Below are positions 43,514 through 52,215 of a stretch of DNA of 64,000 nt, one piece after another. This DNA is from Fidelibacterota bacterium (lineage in GTDB: Bacteria > Fidelibacterota > UBA8477 > JABMPR01). How positions within the stretch are numbered: the first letter of the stretch is position 1; the number at the start of each line of letters is the position of its first letter. Both the position numbers and the translations under genes were made by a program. The notes under the pieces were generated by a model. It was not told the origin of the DNA, did no database searches, and was given only the letters and a program-made list of their open reading frames with translations. The stretch covers positions 5,573 through 69,572 of the forward strand of contig JAJRSW010000099.1 in NCBI GenBank assembly GCA_024278595.1, given 5' to 3'.

Positions 43514-43786
43514 ATTGACGCCCCCGCAAAAAGGATTTGCAAAAACACGGAATATACCCTATGCGCAATAAATACAACAACTTATGACAAATATATCTAA
43601 ACCTATAAATAATAACACTCCGCGTCATTTCGACCAGCGGTCCCTGAGCTCTGTCGAAGGGCGGTCCCTGAGCTCTGTCGAAGGGCGGTCCCTGAGCTCT
43701 GTCGAAGGGCGGTCCCTGAGCTCTGTCGAAGGACTCAACGCCACGCCTCGCGGCCTGTGGTAGAGGGACTTTCTGCGGAGGCGTTA
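43514..43786 (-). repeat. Family-2 MITE-like element (copy 3, inverted orientation) with five 24-bp tandem units (four perfect, one variant)
   Basis: Ends ttgacgcccccgcaaaaag (43515-) and gagggactttctgcggaggcgt (-43783). Four perfect units of ggtccctgagctctgtcgaagggc and one flanking variant lie at 43625-43731. These create the artefactual ORF 43497-43907 (FDRAQGPP repeats). Confidence 0.85.
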
Positions 43787-44068
43787 AAATCGACCTTAAA
43801 ATATGCACATTGGCTGTGCTGAAAAGAATCGAATGAAGAAGTGAACATCTCGACCTGCGCAGGTTCAAAATTCGATACTCTACATTCAAAAAATGCTCCG
43901 AAGTCATAAAAAAGCACCAAAAGCTGCTTCACGCTATCGAAACCCAGGTTATATTTCGGGCGATGTCAGCTATTATCCTTCTGGAGTAAAAAAATATATC
44001 ATAGCAAGAATCGATGGGTCAAATATTAATCGATCTGTTAACAACCAATAAACAATGGTGGAACGAAA

Positions 44069-44893
44069 ATGGATTTGAATACAATTATTAACACGCCGCC
44101 CTGGGAGTGGGAAGACGGGACTGGCGAGTATCTCCTAACCATCATCAGGGATAAGCAAGCTGAAGGCGCTGCCAGACGGCGAGCCATAGAACTGTCAGGC
44201 AACCTGATCCTCATCAATGATGAGATTGCCATGACACTCATAAATATTCTCCTGGATACTGATGAGCCGGCTAATATTCGTGCAATGTCAGCAATTGGTC
44301 TGGGACCGGTGTTAGAGGAGATGGATATGTACGATTCGGATCTGCTTGACCTGCCCTATGAGGAGGAGGTTCCCATCTCAACCATGATTTATCACGAAAT
44401 AATGGGTACAATGAAAACCGTTTATGATGATGCGACAGCGCCCAAACAGGTCCGTCGACGTATCCTGGAAGCCTCAATCCTCTCACGACAGGAATGGCAC
44501 CAAAATGCCATTGAAACAGCCTATGCCAGCGATGATCTGGATTGGGTAATTACGGCCGTATTCTGTATGCAATCAATTTCAGGTTTTGATGAGCAGATCC
44601 TGGAAGCCCTGGAACATGAGAATCCCATCGTTCACCGTAACGCTGTCCTGGGAGCTGGATTGTGGGAACTGAAAGCGGCACAGAAACATGTCGTTAGAAT
44701 TCTAGAAAATGAGAAAGAAGATCTGGATCTGCTTCTGACAGCAATTGAGGCCATCGTTGAACTGGCCCCTGCCGAGGCCGGGATCTATCTACTTGATTTA
44801 GCTGATTGGAAAGATGAACAAATAGCTGAAGCGGCCAATGACGCCATGATGGAAGCCGCCATGCTGTCAGAAATGGAGGAAATGGATTTATAG
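44069..44893 (+). CDS. Hypothetical acidic protein of 274 aa, possibly with HEAT/armadillo-like repeats
   Basis: ORF with a GGAACGAAA RBS-like upstream. Repeated helical LxxLL segments. No secure family. Confidence 0.5.
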   Translation: MDLNTIINTPPWEWEDGTGEYLLTIIRDKQAEGAARRRAIELSGNLILINDEIAMTLINILLDTDEPANIRAMSAIGLGPVLEEMDMYDSDLLDLPYEEEVPISTMIYHEIMGTMKTVYDDATAPKQVRRRILEASILSRQEWHQNAIETAYASDDLDWVITAVFCMQSISGFDEQILEALEHENPIVHRNAVLGAGLWELKAAQKHVVRILENEKEDLDLLLTAIEAIVELAPAEAGIYLLDLADWKDEQIAEAANDAMMEAAMLSEMEEMDL

Positions 44894-45077
44894 CTCCAGA
44901 ATATTAAGGGGTCCCTGCACTGCGTCTTCACCCTGCCGGTTTGGGCTTGCGCCTTCAGATTGTTTGTGATGGCAATAGGCCGACTCGATATAAGATAATC
45001 ACATTATCTTACTGCTGTTTTAGCACCCGCTCTTGAATCGTCTGGATAAGTTGAAAATATTTCCTCATTTTTCAAGC

Positions 45078-45400
45078 TTGATGCCCCCGCAGAAAGTCCC
45101 TCTCGCAGAGGCCGCAGAGCGTTGCATTGAGTCCTTCGACTGAGCTCAGGAACCGCCTGTCGAAATGGCGCAAAGTGTTGTTATTTATTGCTTTACGTGT
45201 ATTTGTCGTAAGCGGTTGTATTTAAAGGTTATAGGGCATATTCTGTGGTTTTCTAAATACTTTTTGCGAGCTCATCAAACTTGATGTCCCCGCAGAAAGT
45301 CCCTCGCCGACACGATTGTCGGGATGAGGATTTTAAGTGTGCCACACTGAGTTCATCGAAGTGTGCCACACTGAGTTCATCGAAGTGCAGAAAAATGAGG
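45078..45400 (+). repeat. Family-2 MITE-like element (copy 4, one 24-bp unit) followed by a second partial TIR and a 2x 24-bp array of a different unit
   Basis: 45078-45270: ttgatgcccccgcagaaagtccctctcgcagaggccgcagagcgttgcattgagtccttcg + one unit + AT arm + ctttttgcgag. 45281-45310: a second TIR-like ttgatgtccccgcagaaagtccctc. 45337-45384: the unit gtgtgccacactgagttcatcgaa repeated twice. Confidence 0.8.
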
Positions 45401-45452
45401 AAAGATGCAGAAGTTGAATGCAGTTTTGCTGTTTAATTGGTATTAGATATTG

Positions 45453-45582
45453 ACAATTACAATTACCCCAGGCTTCAGCCTGGGGATAATAAGTCACTAA
45501 TAATATAGAGCATTAGCCCAACTACATTGCCAGTAATCGGGGGCTAAAGCCCGATAATTATCCTGGAAACAACCCCCCCACG
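45453..45582 (+). repeat. Three similar GC-rich stem-loops (REP-like hairpin triplet) in an AT-rich context
   Basis: Hairpins ccccaggcttcagcctgggg (45453-72), atcgggggctaaagcccgat (45523-42) and ccccacgctgaagcgtgggg (45563-82). Each is followed by ataat/taatt. Confidence 0.6.
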
Positions 45583-45677
45583 CTGAAGCGTGGGGTAATT
45601 GATCCTATGCTATCAGGCAAGTCGGTATAAATTGATCAAGCGAAGCATATTGTGAGACACTCAAGTAATTATTAGGG

Positions 45678-46856
45678 ATGACGATGACAGAATTACCCTT
45701 TGGCCTAAGTAAGCAAACCTTTGATGAATTACAGAAGTTATCAACTCCATTTATGCTGTTCGACTTAAATAGAATCGCAAAAAATATTTCCTTGTTAAAA
45801 AAGCATTTACCCCAGGCCCAGATATTCTACTCCATGAAAGCCAATAGCCTGCGACCTGTTTTGGATACCATGTTTCAAAATGGAACCGGATTTGAGATCA
45901 ATACGATGGAAGAATTATCCAGATTGGGTAAACTAGGAGATCTTCGACCGAATATCATCAATAGTTCAACCGTATTGTCTGCTACGGATATTCGTGGCTT
46001 TTATCATAGGGGTGTGCGCCAATTTTGTGCAGATCGGCGATCCCAATTAACGAATTTAGGGATCAATGCTCCAGGGGCTGAGGTTTTAATTCGGTTGAAG
46101 GTGCCTGAGGCAGGCAGCCGCTTTGCTGTAAATTCACGGTTTGGGGCAAAACCAGATCAAGTCTCCGAGCTGATTAGTTATGCAGAAGAAGTTGGCCTGA
46201 GGGTGAACGGTCTTCACTTTCATGTGGGATCCCAATGTTTAAATTCTGAAAATTGGAAAAGTGGAATACAGATGGCGGCTGATTGGTTCACTCAACACCC
46301 ACACCTGAAAATATTAAATGTCGGTGGGGGATTACCCTCCACTGAAAATGGGGATAGCACTTTAATCACTGAGATTTTGGGAGCAATCCAACAGACAGTG
46401 GAAACGGTGTTTGACAGGCCTCCGGAATTGTACATTGAATCAGGGCGCTTTTTGGTTGCAAATTCAGCAGTACTGGGATCGTCTGTGATCCAATTGGAAG
46501 CAGGGGCAGAACTCAGTATCGCGACTCTGGATATATCGGTATTTTCGGGATTGTTGGAGATCTTTGAAAGTAAACTTGCCATGGAGTATCCGGTCTGGTC
46601 AGATGGTGATGGTCCTCTTAGTACTTACCGATTAGAAGGGCCAACCTGTGCTGGAAATGATGTGTTGAGCCGACCCGTAAATTTATCAGAGCTGGTGGTT
46701 GACTATCGGTCAGGAGTTCCGTGTACGAAGGTCTACTTTGGAAATACGGGTGCTTATAGTATTGACTATGTCAGAGGCATTCAAAGCGGTTTCAATGGCT
46801 CACGAATTCCCAGCATCCTCACCTTAAAAGATTCGAAGGTGACAAAGTTTGGGTGA
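45678..46856 (+). CDS. PLP-dependent decarboxylase, fold-type III (Orn/Lys/Arg/DAP decarboxylase family 2)
   Basis: 392 aa. FYSMKANS (PLP-Lys motif, cf. YAVKAN), GLHFHVGSQ and EGPTCAGND (cf. GPTCDSxD substrate/dimer motif). Confidence 0.8.
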   Translation: MTMTELPFGLSKQTFDELQKLSTPFMLFDLNRIAKNISLLKKHLPQAQIFYSMKANSLRPVLDTMFQNGTGFEINTMEELSRLGKLGDLRPNIINSSTVLSATDIRGFYHRGVRQFCADRRSQLTNLGINAPGAEVLIRLKVPEAGSRFAVNSRFGAKPDQVSELISYAEEVGLRVNGLHFHVGSQCLNSENWKSGIQMAADWFTQHPHLKILNVGGGLPSTENGDSTLITEILGAIQQTVETVFDRPPELYIESGRFLVANSAVLGSSVIQLEAGAELSIATLDISVFSGLLEIFESKLAMEYPVWSDGDGPLSTYRLEGPTCAGNDVLSRPVNLSELVVDYRSGVPCTKVYFGNTGAYSIDYVRGIQSGFNGSRIPSILTLKDSKVTKFG

Positions 46857-47442
46857 GATCCAGGTAGAGATCCGTCCCGTCACCGATATAGCAGCTCAGC
46901 AACTGGAGTACCAGGTGTTCTTGGAGGCTGGCTATATAGATCCCAATCAGGAACAGCTGGTACTGGAATATGCAAAATACTCAAGATCAGAATTTATCAT
47001 TACCCGGGATGGCCCCCAGCTGACCGGTGTGGTTCGACTCATATATGCAAATGATGAGCGTCCCACACGGGGTCTGCCAACTCTGGAAAATTTTAATCTA
47101 TATGATGAGTGGCAAGCTAAAATAACACGATTAGCGACCCGCAGGCTGGGTGAATTTGGGACCCTGGCTGTTCTCAAAGCATATCGAGGAGGGCGCTCGA
47201 CTTATCTGCTAAAACAGAAGCTCATCCTCCACCCTGTTTTAAAAGGGTATCGATATGGGGTTAGTCTCATAGATGAGGGACTCCTGAAGCACCTGGTGAA
47301 AGGGGGCTACCCCCTTAAACAGATCGGCGATAAGCGTTATTATATGGGCTCTGTGACCGTACCTGTGCTGGGGAGTGTTTATCACCTACCCAGAACCTTG
47401 CGAACCTGGGTGTGGAACTTTATGTTACGCTCCGGGCGTTAA
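46849..47442 (+). CDS. Hypothetical protein of 197 aa, possibly a GNAT-fold N-acyl amino-acid/autoinducer-synthase-like acyltransferase
   Basis: Overlaps the decarboxylase by 8 nt, indicating translational coupling. Its 3' end overlaps the convergent radical-SAM gene by 4 nt. Similarity is weak. Confidence 0.45.
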   Translation: MGEIQVEIRPVTDIAAQQLEYQVFLEAGYIDPNQEQLVLEYAKYSRSEFIITRDGPQLTGVVRLIYANDERPTRGLPTLENFNLYDEWQAKITRLATRRLGEFGTLAVLKAYRGGRSTYLLKQKLILHPVLKGYRYGVSLIDEGLLKHLVKGGYPLKQIGDKRYYMGSVTVPVLGSVYHLPRTLRTWVWNFMLRSGR

Positions 47443-48845
47443 TGCTTCAATCTTTTAGCCGGGTAAAAATGTTCCCCCCAAATGATCATCTTTAACATGA
47501 AGAAAGCTAGTTTAGTGGATCCCATGACAATTCTGAACATGGTGCCAAGACTAAATTTATTCACCAAATAGCCCAAATTATTATTCACATAATTGATATA
47601 CAGACTGGAAAGTAACATCTGGAATAAATAGCTGCGGACGCTCATTTTTCCGGGGCGAATGATCATTTGTCCAAATGTCCAAAAATGGTAATCCTCTTTA
47701 TCGACCAGCAATCGATCTTTATATTCATGATAGATTGGGAGGTTAGGGAAGGGGGTTAAAGGGCTAAAAGTACATATTTCAGGTTTTAGCGTTCGCATAT
47801 ATTGCCTGAACAAACGAAAATCTGCCTGATCCCAGTCCGGGTGAAAAATAAAGGAAGCCCAACAATCCACTTTTATATCCTTAAGTAATTTACTGGCTTC
47901 CAAATTATCATCCACCGATGATTTTTTATGATAGTCAGCCAACTCACTATCTTTGAATGATTCGTAACCTACCAGCACAGCGCGAAGACCATTATGGGCA
48001 AATTGGGTTACTGCCTTTGTGTTGGTTAAAAGACCATGAACACTACCGTAACAAATGAAATTTTTTGAAATGTTTTCCGCTTCCAGGAGCGTACAGAACT
48101 TTTCAAGTCGCGGACCATTATTTAGAAAATCATTATCATAAATCATAATGGTCGGTTCCTGGATATCTTTGATCTGCTGGATCACCTCATTTAGGTCTAT
48201 ATCCACTTCATGGCCGCCTTCAATGCGCCAACGTAGACAGAAATGACAGCCCTTGCTGCACCCCAGTGAGGTTTGCATAATGGCAGCCGGCTGATAGCCA
48301 AAATAATTGTAATGTTGGCGGTAGACTTGAGTGGATTGGCGGTCTGGGACAATATATTCATTATAGCCCTTATTCCCTGAAAAAGCAAATTCAAGCTGTT
48401 TGCTGCGAATACCATCAATGATCGGTACGGCAGTACCAGATGCCAGGAGGGTGAAGAGTTGGCCAATGTTTGCCCGGGTGGTATACTGGAAAATGTGATC
48501 AATTTCAGGTTTAAAAAATGCCTCTGGAGCCAGATAAGTTTGGGTTCCTCCCACAATGGTAACGATGGCAGGTCGGATTTCTTTCACTTGCCTGGCCAGT
48601 TTGAGAGCTGCTGGTACATCCACACACAGGGTTGTGAAACCAACGACTTCCGGGTGCCATTTTTTGATAATATGGGGGAGTGATCCAGGATCATCGATCA
48701 TGAGATCAAGGATTCTGATGTCATGCTCATTTTTTAAAACAGCAGCAAGTATTTCAAGCCCGATCGGTTCGCTGAACATGAATTCGCCCAGGGTGACAGC
48801 CTGTTTCATTCTGGGAGGTCGAATAAGTAATACTTTCAATGTCAA
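47439..48845 (-). CDS. B12-binding radical SAM protein (class B cobalamin-dependent rSAM, putative methyltransferase), paralog 4
   Basis: 468 aa. N-terminal B12-binding Rossmann region LKVLLIRPP...ILDL. Radical-SAM cluster motif SLGCSKGCHFC (CxxxCxxC). Confidence 0.85.
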   Translation of the reverse strand: MTLKVLLIRPPRMKQAVTLGEFMFSEPIGLEILAAVLKNEHDIRILDLMIDDPGSLPHIIKKWHPEVVGFTTLCVDVPAALKLARQVKEIRPAIVTIVGGTQTYLAPEAFFKPEIDHIFQYTTRANIGQLFTLLASGTAVPIIDGIRSKQLEFAFSGNKGYNEYIVPDRQSTQVYRQHYNYFGYQPAAIMQTSLGCSKGCHFCLRWRIEGGHEVDIDLNEVIQQIKDIQEPTIMIYDNDFLNNGPRLEKFCTLLEAENISKNFICYGSVHGLLTNTKAVTQFAHNGLRAVLVGYESFKDSELADYHKKSSVDDNLEASKLLKDIKVDCWASFIFHPDWDQADFRLFRQYMRTLKPEICTFSPLTPFPNLPIYHEYKDRLLVDKEDYHFWTFGQMIIRPGKMSVRSYLFQMLLSSLYINYVNNNLGYLVNKFSLGTMFRIVMGSTKLAFFMLKMIIWGEHFYPAKRLKH

Positions 48846-48854
48846 TTGCTCCTG

Positions 48855-50180
48855 CTAAATGATATTGGGAGTGATCCTGCGCTTGATCTGTTGTTTATAA
48901 TACAAATTGACCATCAGATAAAAGAGGTGTCGTAAGGGGTGCCTCAGAAACCCGTAATGATAAAATACCCGACTTAAAATATTGGGAATGGAGAATACGT
49001 CCTCATATAGATCCCAATAAGCTTTTGTAAGCTCGTCAGCACTCATATTCTTGGGGTCGTGAACCGCAGTTGTACTATCATAGCTAAAGTAGTCGTGATT
49101 GATAATCCGGTCATCACGTAACATCTCAGCGTGAAACTCAGTGCCGGGAATGGGGGTTAGAATATAGAACCGTGGTACCACCACCCGATTTTCCCGTACA
49201 AATGCCGCAGTTGCCTGTATGGAAGCCAAAGTATCACCGTCAGCACCAACAACCATCTCGGTTGATATATCAATCCCCGCTTGACGAATCTTTTTGAGCT
49301 GTGAATGATACCTGGAAACTTTGCCCCAGCTTTTTCCCATGGCATTCATACTATCCTGGGAAATACTTTCTAAGCCAAAACTCAGCCCGATGCAGCCGCT
49401 GTCAGCCACTGCCTGTAGCAATTTATCGTTATCAGCCAAGGTGATTGAACATTGCGAGAACCATTCCATTTTCAGTTTAGAGATCTCCTGGCATAGTTCT
49501 ATAGCATAGGTCGGGTCAGAGACCAGGTTATCATCCAGGAGCAAAAACTTCTTAAATCCCAGAGACTTTATCTGACTGATGTCCCTGATCACGCTGGCTA
49601 TACTGCGTTTATAATAGCGTCTTTGATAGAGGCAATACACGGAACAAAAGGAGCAGGCGTGGGGACATCCACGGGCGGCCTGAACCGGGAGAAAATCACC
49701 GATAGATTTATCAAGCAGGAGTTCATAACGAGGCAGGGGGGGGTCAAATATGGCTAGCTGGCGATCATAGACCTTTTTTAGACAGCCATTTTCAAAATCC
49801 TGCAAGACTTCGGGCCATAGCTCATCTGCATCACCTACGATTACAGCATCACTATAATCCTGAGCCTCTTCCTGCATGAGACTGGCCATATACCCGCCGG
49901 TGATCACAGTTTTACCCAGGCGGTGAAATTCCTTAGCTATGTCAATGGATCGATGTACGGCATGTCCCATGGTACCGATACCGATCAAATTAGCATCCGT
50001 GTCGAAAGGGAGCTCGTCAATGGTCTCCAGACAGATCTCAACCTCCCAATGGTCAGGTGTAACGGCTGCCAGCAGGGGAAAGGTAAGCCCCACAAAATAC
50101 AAGCGCTTCTTTTTAATGACCTGCCCTTCCCGGTCGTATGGAGAGGGTTGGATGAACAGGACCTTGTATCGTTTTGGCAT
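48855..50180 (-). CDS. B12-binding radical SAM protein, paralog 3
   Basis: B12-binding domain plus ARGCPHACSFC (CxxxCxxC). The ORF track starts at 50228 (457 aa), overlapping the upstream gene by 47 nt. The likely true start is MPKRYKVLFIQP at 50180 (441 aa). Confidence 0.85.
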   Translation of the reverse strand: MPKRYKVLFIQPSPYDREGQVIKKKRLYFVGLTFPLLAAVTPDHWEVEICLETIDELPFDTDANLIGIGTMGHAVHRSIDIAKEFHRLGKTVITGGYMASLMQEEAQDYSDAVIVGDADELWPEVLQDFENGCLKKVYDRQLAIFDPPLPRYELLLDKSIGDFLPVQAARGCPHACSFCSVYCLYQRRYYKRSIASVIRDISQIKSLGFKKFLLLDDNLVSDPTYAIELCQEISKLKMEWFSQCSITLADNDKLLQAVADSGCIGLSFGLESISQDSMNAMGKSWGKVSRYHSQLKKIRQAGIDISTEMVVGADGDTLASIQATAAFVRENRVVVPRFYILTPIPGTEFHAEMLRDDRIINHDYFSYDSTTAVHDPKNMSADELTKAYWDLYEDVFSIPNILSRVFYHYGFLRHPLRHLFYLMVNLYYKQQIKRRITPNII

Positions 50181-50181
50181 A

Positions 50182-51579
50182 TTAGCTGGTCTTCGAAGGC
50201 TTGGCTGAGCATACAAACCATGCAGCAAATATCTTCAGCAAGTACTGGATCGTAACTATGGTAGCTCCCCGTGACAGTTTAAGGGTCTCCCAAACACCAT
50301 ATCTGGTCAGCATGCGATAAATACTGGATCCCCGCATGGTGATCTTATAATACAGTTTGACGATATTCCAATAATAGTTATGGGGTGTAAGTTTAGAGGG
50401 CTTTAGCACCAAATGAGCCAGGTCCCATTCTTCATAATTATCACGTTCCACAATCAAACTATCAACATAAGTTTCGAATATCTCAGTTCCCGGTAGTGGG
50501 GTGAGCGGCTGTAAATTAACAAAGATCAGGTCCAATTTCCGGATCCAGGCATAGAGCTTTTGGAAATCTTCGCCAGACCAATCAGGAGAGAGGATGAATG
50601 TACCATAACAATCAATCCCGTTCTCAGCCAAAATACGCACGGCCCTTTCACTGGTTTCCAAACTGGTCTTCTTGACGTAACTATCTAATTCATCCTGATC
50701 CCAGGACTCCAGTCCAACGATTACAGCCCGCAAACCAAGTGCTTTAAAACGGGTCATTACATCGGGATTGGTGGCAATAAAATCGGCCCGACCATAGATT
50801 AAAAATTGTTTTTGAATGTTGCCCAGCTCTAGTTTGTCACAAAACTCCAGGACACGCTCTCGACTTACCAGAAAGTTGTCATCCACAATATAGATCTCTG
50901 GTTCTGAAATTCCGGCAATTTCCTGGATCACATCATCGATGGGTCTGGCAAAATACTGTTCATCGGTGATCTGAATGCAAAAGCAAAAGTTACATGAGTA
51001 GGGACAGCCATATGATGTTTTGATCAGGGCACAGGGGTTATGAAACATGTAGTAATAGCTGGAGCGGTAGCGTCTCGTCAATTCACGAGCTGGGAAATAG
51101 TCTGGAAAAGAGATCGATTTCGCTGGGACCACTTTCAGCTGCGGATTCCAGAGCCCCGGAATTTCTGTGGTACTTTGATCAGTGGAAAGGCGATCAACCA
51201 ACTGGGGGAATGATAGGTGGGCATCGGCGGCAATGATATAGTCGATATGTGGGTCTTCATAGTCAGCCGGTTGAACTTCTGCATGAACCCCTCCGACCAC
51301 GATAGCACAGTCCGGCCTTATTGACTTGATTCGCCGGGCGTATTCCTTGATCAAATTGACATGGGTGATGTATCCTGTCAAGCCCACCAGGTCAGGGGTA
51401 TGTTTTTGAATAAAGTGTGCCAGAGTCTTCCGCTCCAGGATCAGGTCGATAATAATAACCTGGTGCTGTTTCGCGACGGAGGCGGCCATATATTCCAATT
51501 CAAGTGGTTCACAAACCATGACGTATTTTAGTCCGACTGTATTGGTCGGAGGTTTCGGGCGTACCAGCAGAATTTTCAT
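50182..51579 (-). CDS. B12-binding radical SAM protein, paralog 2
   Basis: 465 aa. N-terminus MKILLVRPKPP. Cluster motif SYGCPYSCNFC. Confidence 0.85.
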   Translation of the reverse strand: MKILLVRPKPPTNTVGLKYVMVCEPLELEYMAASVAKQHQVIIIDLILERKTLAHFIQKHTPDLVGLTGYITHVNLIKEYARRIKSIRPDCAIVVGGVHAEVQPADYEDPHIDYIIAADAHLSFPQLVDRLSTDQSTTEIPGLWNPQLKVVPAKSISFPDYFPARELTRRYRSSYYYMFHNPCALIKTSYGCPYSCNFCFCIQITDEQYFARPIDDVIQEIAGISEPEIYIVDDNFLVSRERVLEFCDKLELGNIQKQFLIYGRADFIATNPDVMTRFKALGLRAVIVGLESWDQDELDSYVKKTSLETSERAVRILAENGIDCYGTFILSPDWSGEDFQKLYAWIRKLDLIFVNLQPLTPLPGTEIFETYVDSLIVERDNYEEWDLAHLVLKPSKLTPHNYYWNIVKLYYKITMRGSSIYRMLTRYGVWETLKLSRGATIVTIQYLLKIFAAWFVCSAKPSKTS

Positions 51580-52211
51580 TGGTCAGATCCTGGCACCGTG
51601 GCGATCAAAAAGAAAATGGTAGGGACGAACCAAGCGGTTTTGACTGTAGAGATGCTCACATCCGGCATGAACTGATCTACCATAGCTCTCATTTCCTGGA
51701 TTGAAGGGTAGTGCGCTGAACCAGTCGTTATTTTGATCATCAATAAGCATAGTTGGTCATATAGATTATTTGCAGATGCATTTGCGACCAGCAGTGTGCC
51801 ACCAGGTTTCAGCTGATCTACCATCCTGCGGAGCGCTGTTGCCTGATCTTCATAATAGGGCAGAGTGTGACTGGCGATGATGAGATCATAGCGTTCTGTC
51901 ACCGAAAAATCCAGCACATCACTATGAATAAAATTTATATCAGGGTTTTCCTGGCGCGCTATCTTTAACATACCCCTGGAGTAATCCACGCCAGTCAGAT
52001 GCATGGATTGATTGTGAAAAATAACTCCTAGTTCCTGGAGTAATTGACCTGTACCACAGCCCATATCCAGGATGTTCAGCTCAGCTTTGGTTTTGGGCAT
52101 GGTCTGAATATAATTAATGATCATTTCCCGGGTGGGACCAAGGGACCACTTTTGGACCCAGAGTCGATTGTAGAATTTCGCCCAATAATCCCATAATATC
52201 CTGCTACTCAA
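51576..52211 (-). CDS. Class I SAM-dependent methyltransferase
   Basis: 211 aa. Motif I ILDMGCGTGQL and motif post-I LTGVDYS. Overlaps the downstream gene by 4 nt. Confidence 0.85.
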   Translation of the reverse strand: MSSRILWDYWAKFYNRLWVQKWSLGPTREMIINYIQTMPKTKAELNILDMGCGTGQLLQELGVIFHNQSMHLTGVDYSRGMLKIARQENPDINFIHSDVLDFSVTERYDLIIASHTLPYYEDQATALRRMVDQLKPGGTLLVANASANNLYDQLCLLMIKITTGSAHYPSIQEMRAMVDQFMPDVSISTVKTAWFVPTIFFLIATVPGSDQ

Positions 52212-52215
52212 AAGG

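Noticed and set aside
43497-43907. 136-aa ORF with FDRAQGPP x4 repeats
   Set aside because: The 24-bp minisatellite inside the family-2 repeat element creates it. There is no RBS, it overlaps the TIRs, and other copies have different unit numbers. It is not a gene.
50182-50228. 47-nt overlap between two radical SAM genes
   Set aside because: It is likely an artefact of choosing the longest ORF. An in-frame start MPKRYK at 50180 gives a typical 1-4-nt coupling overlap.
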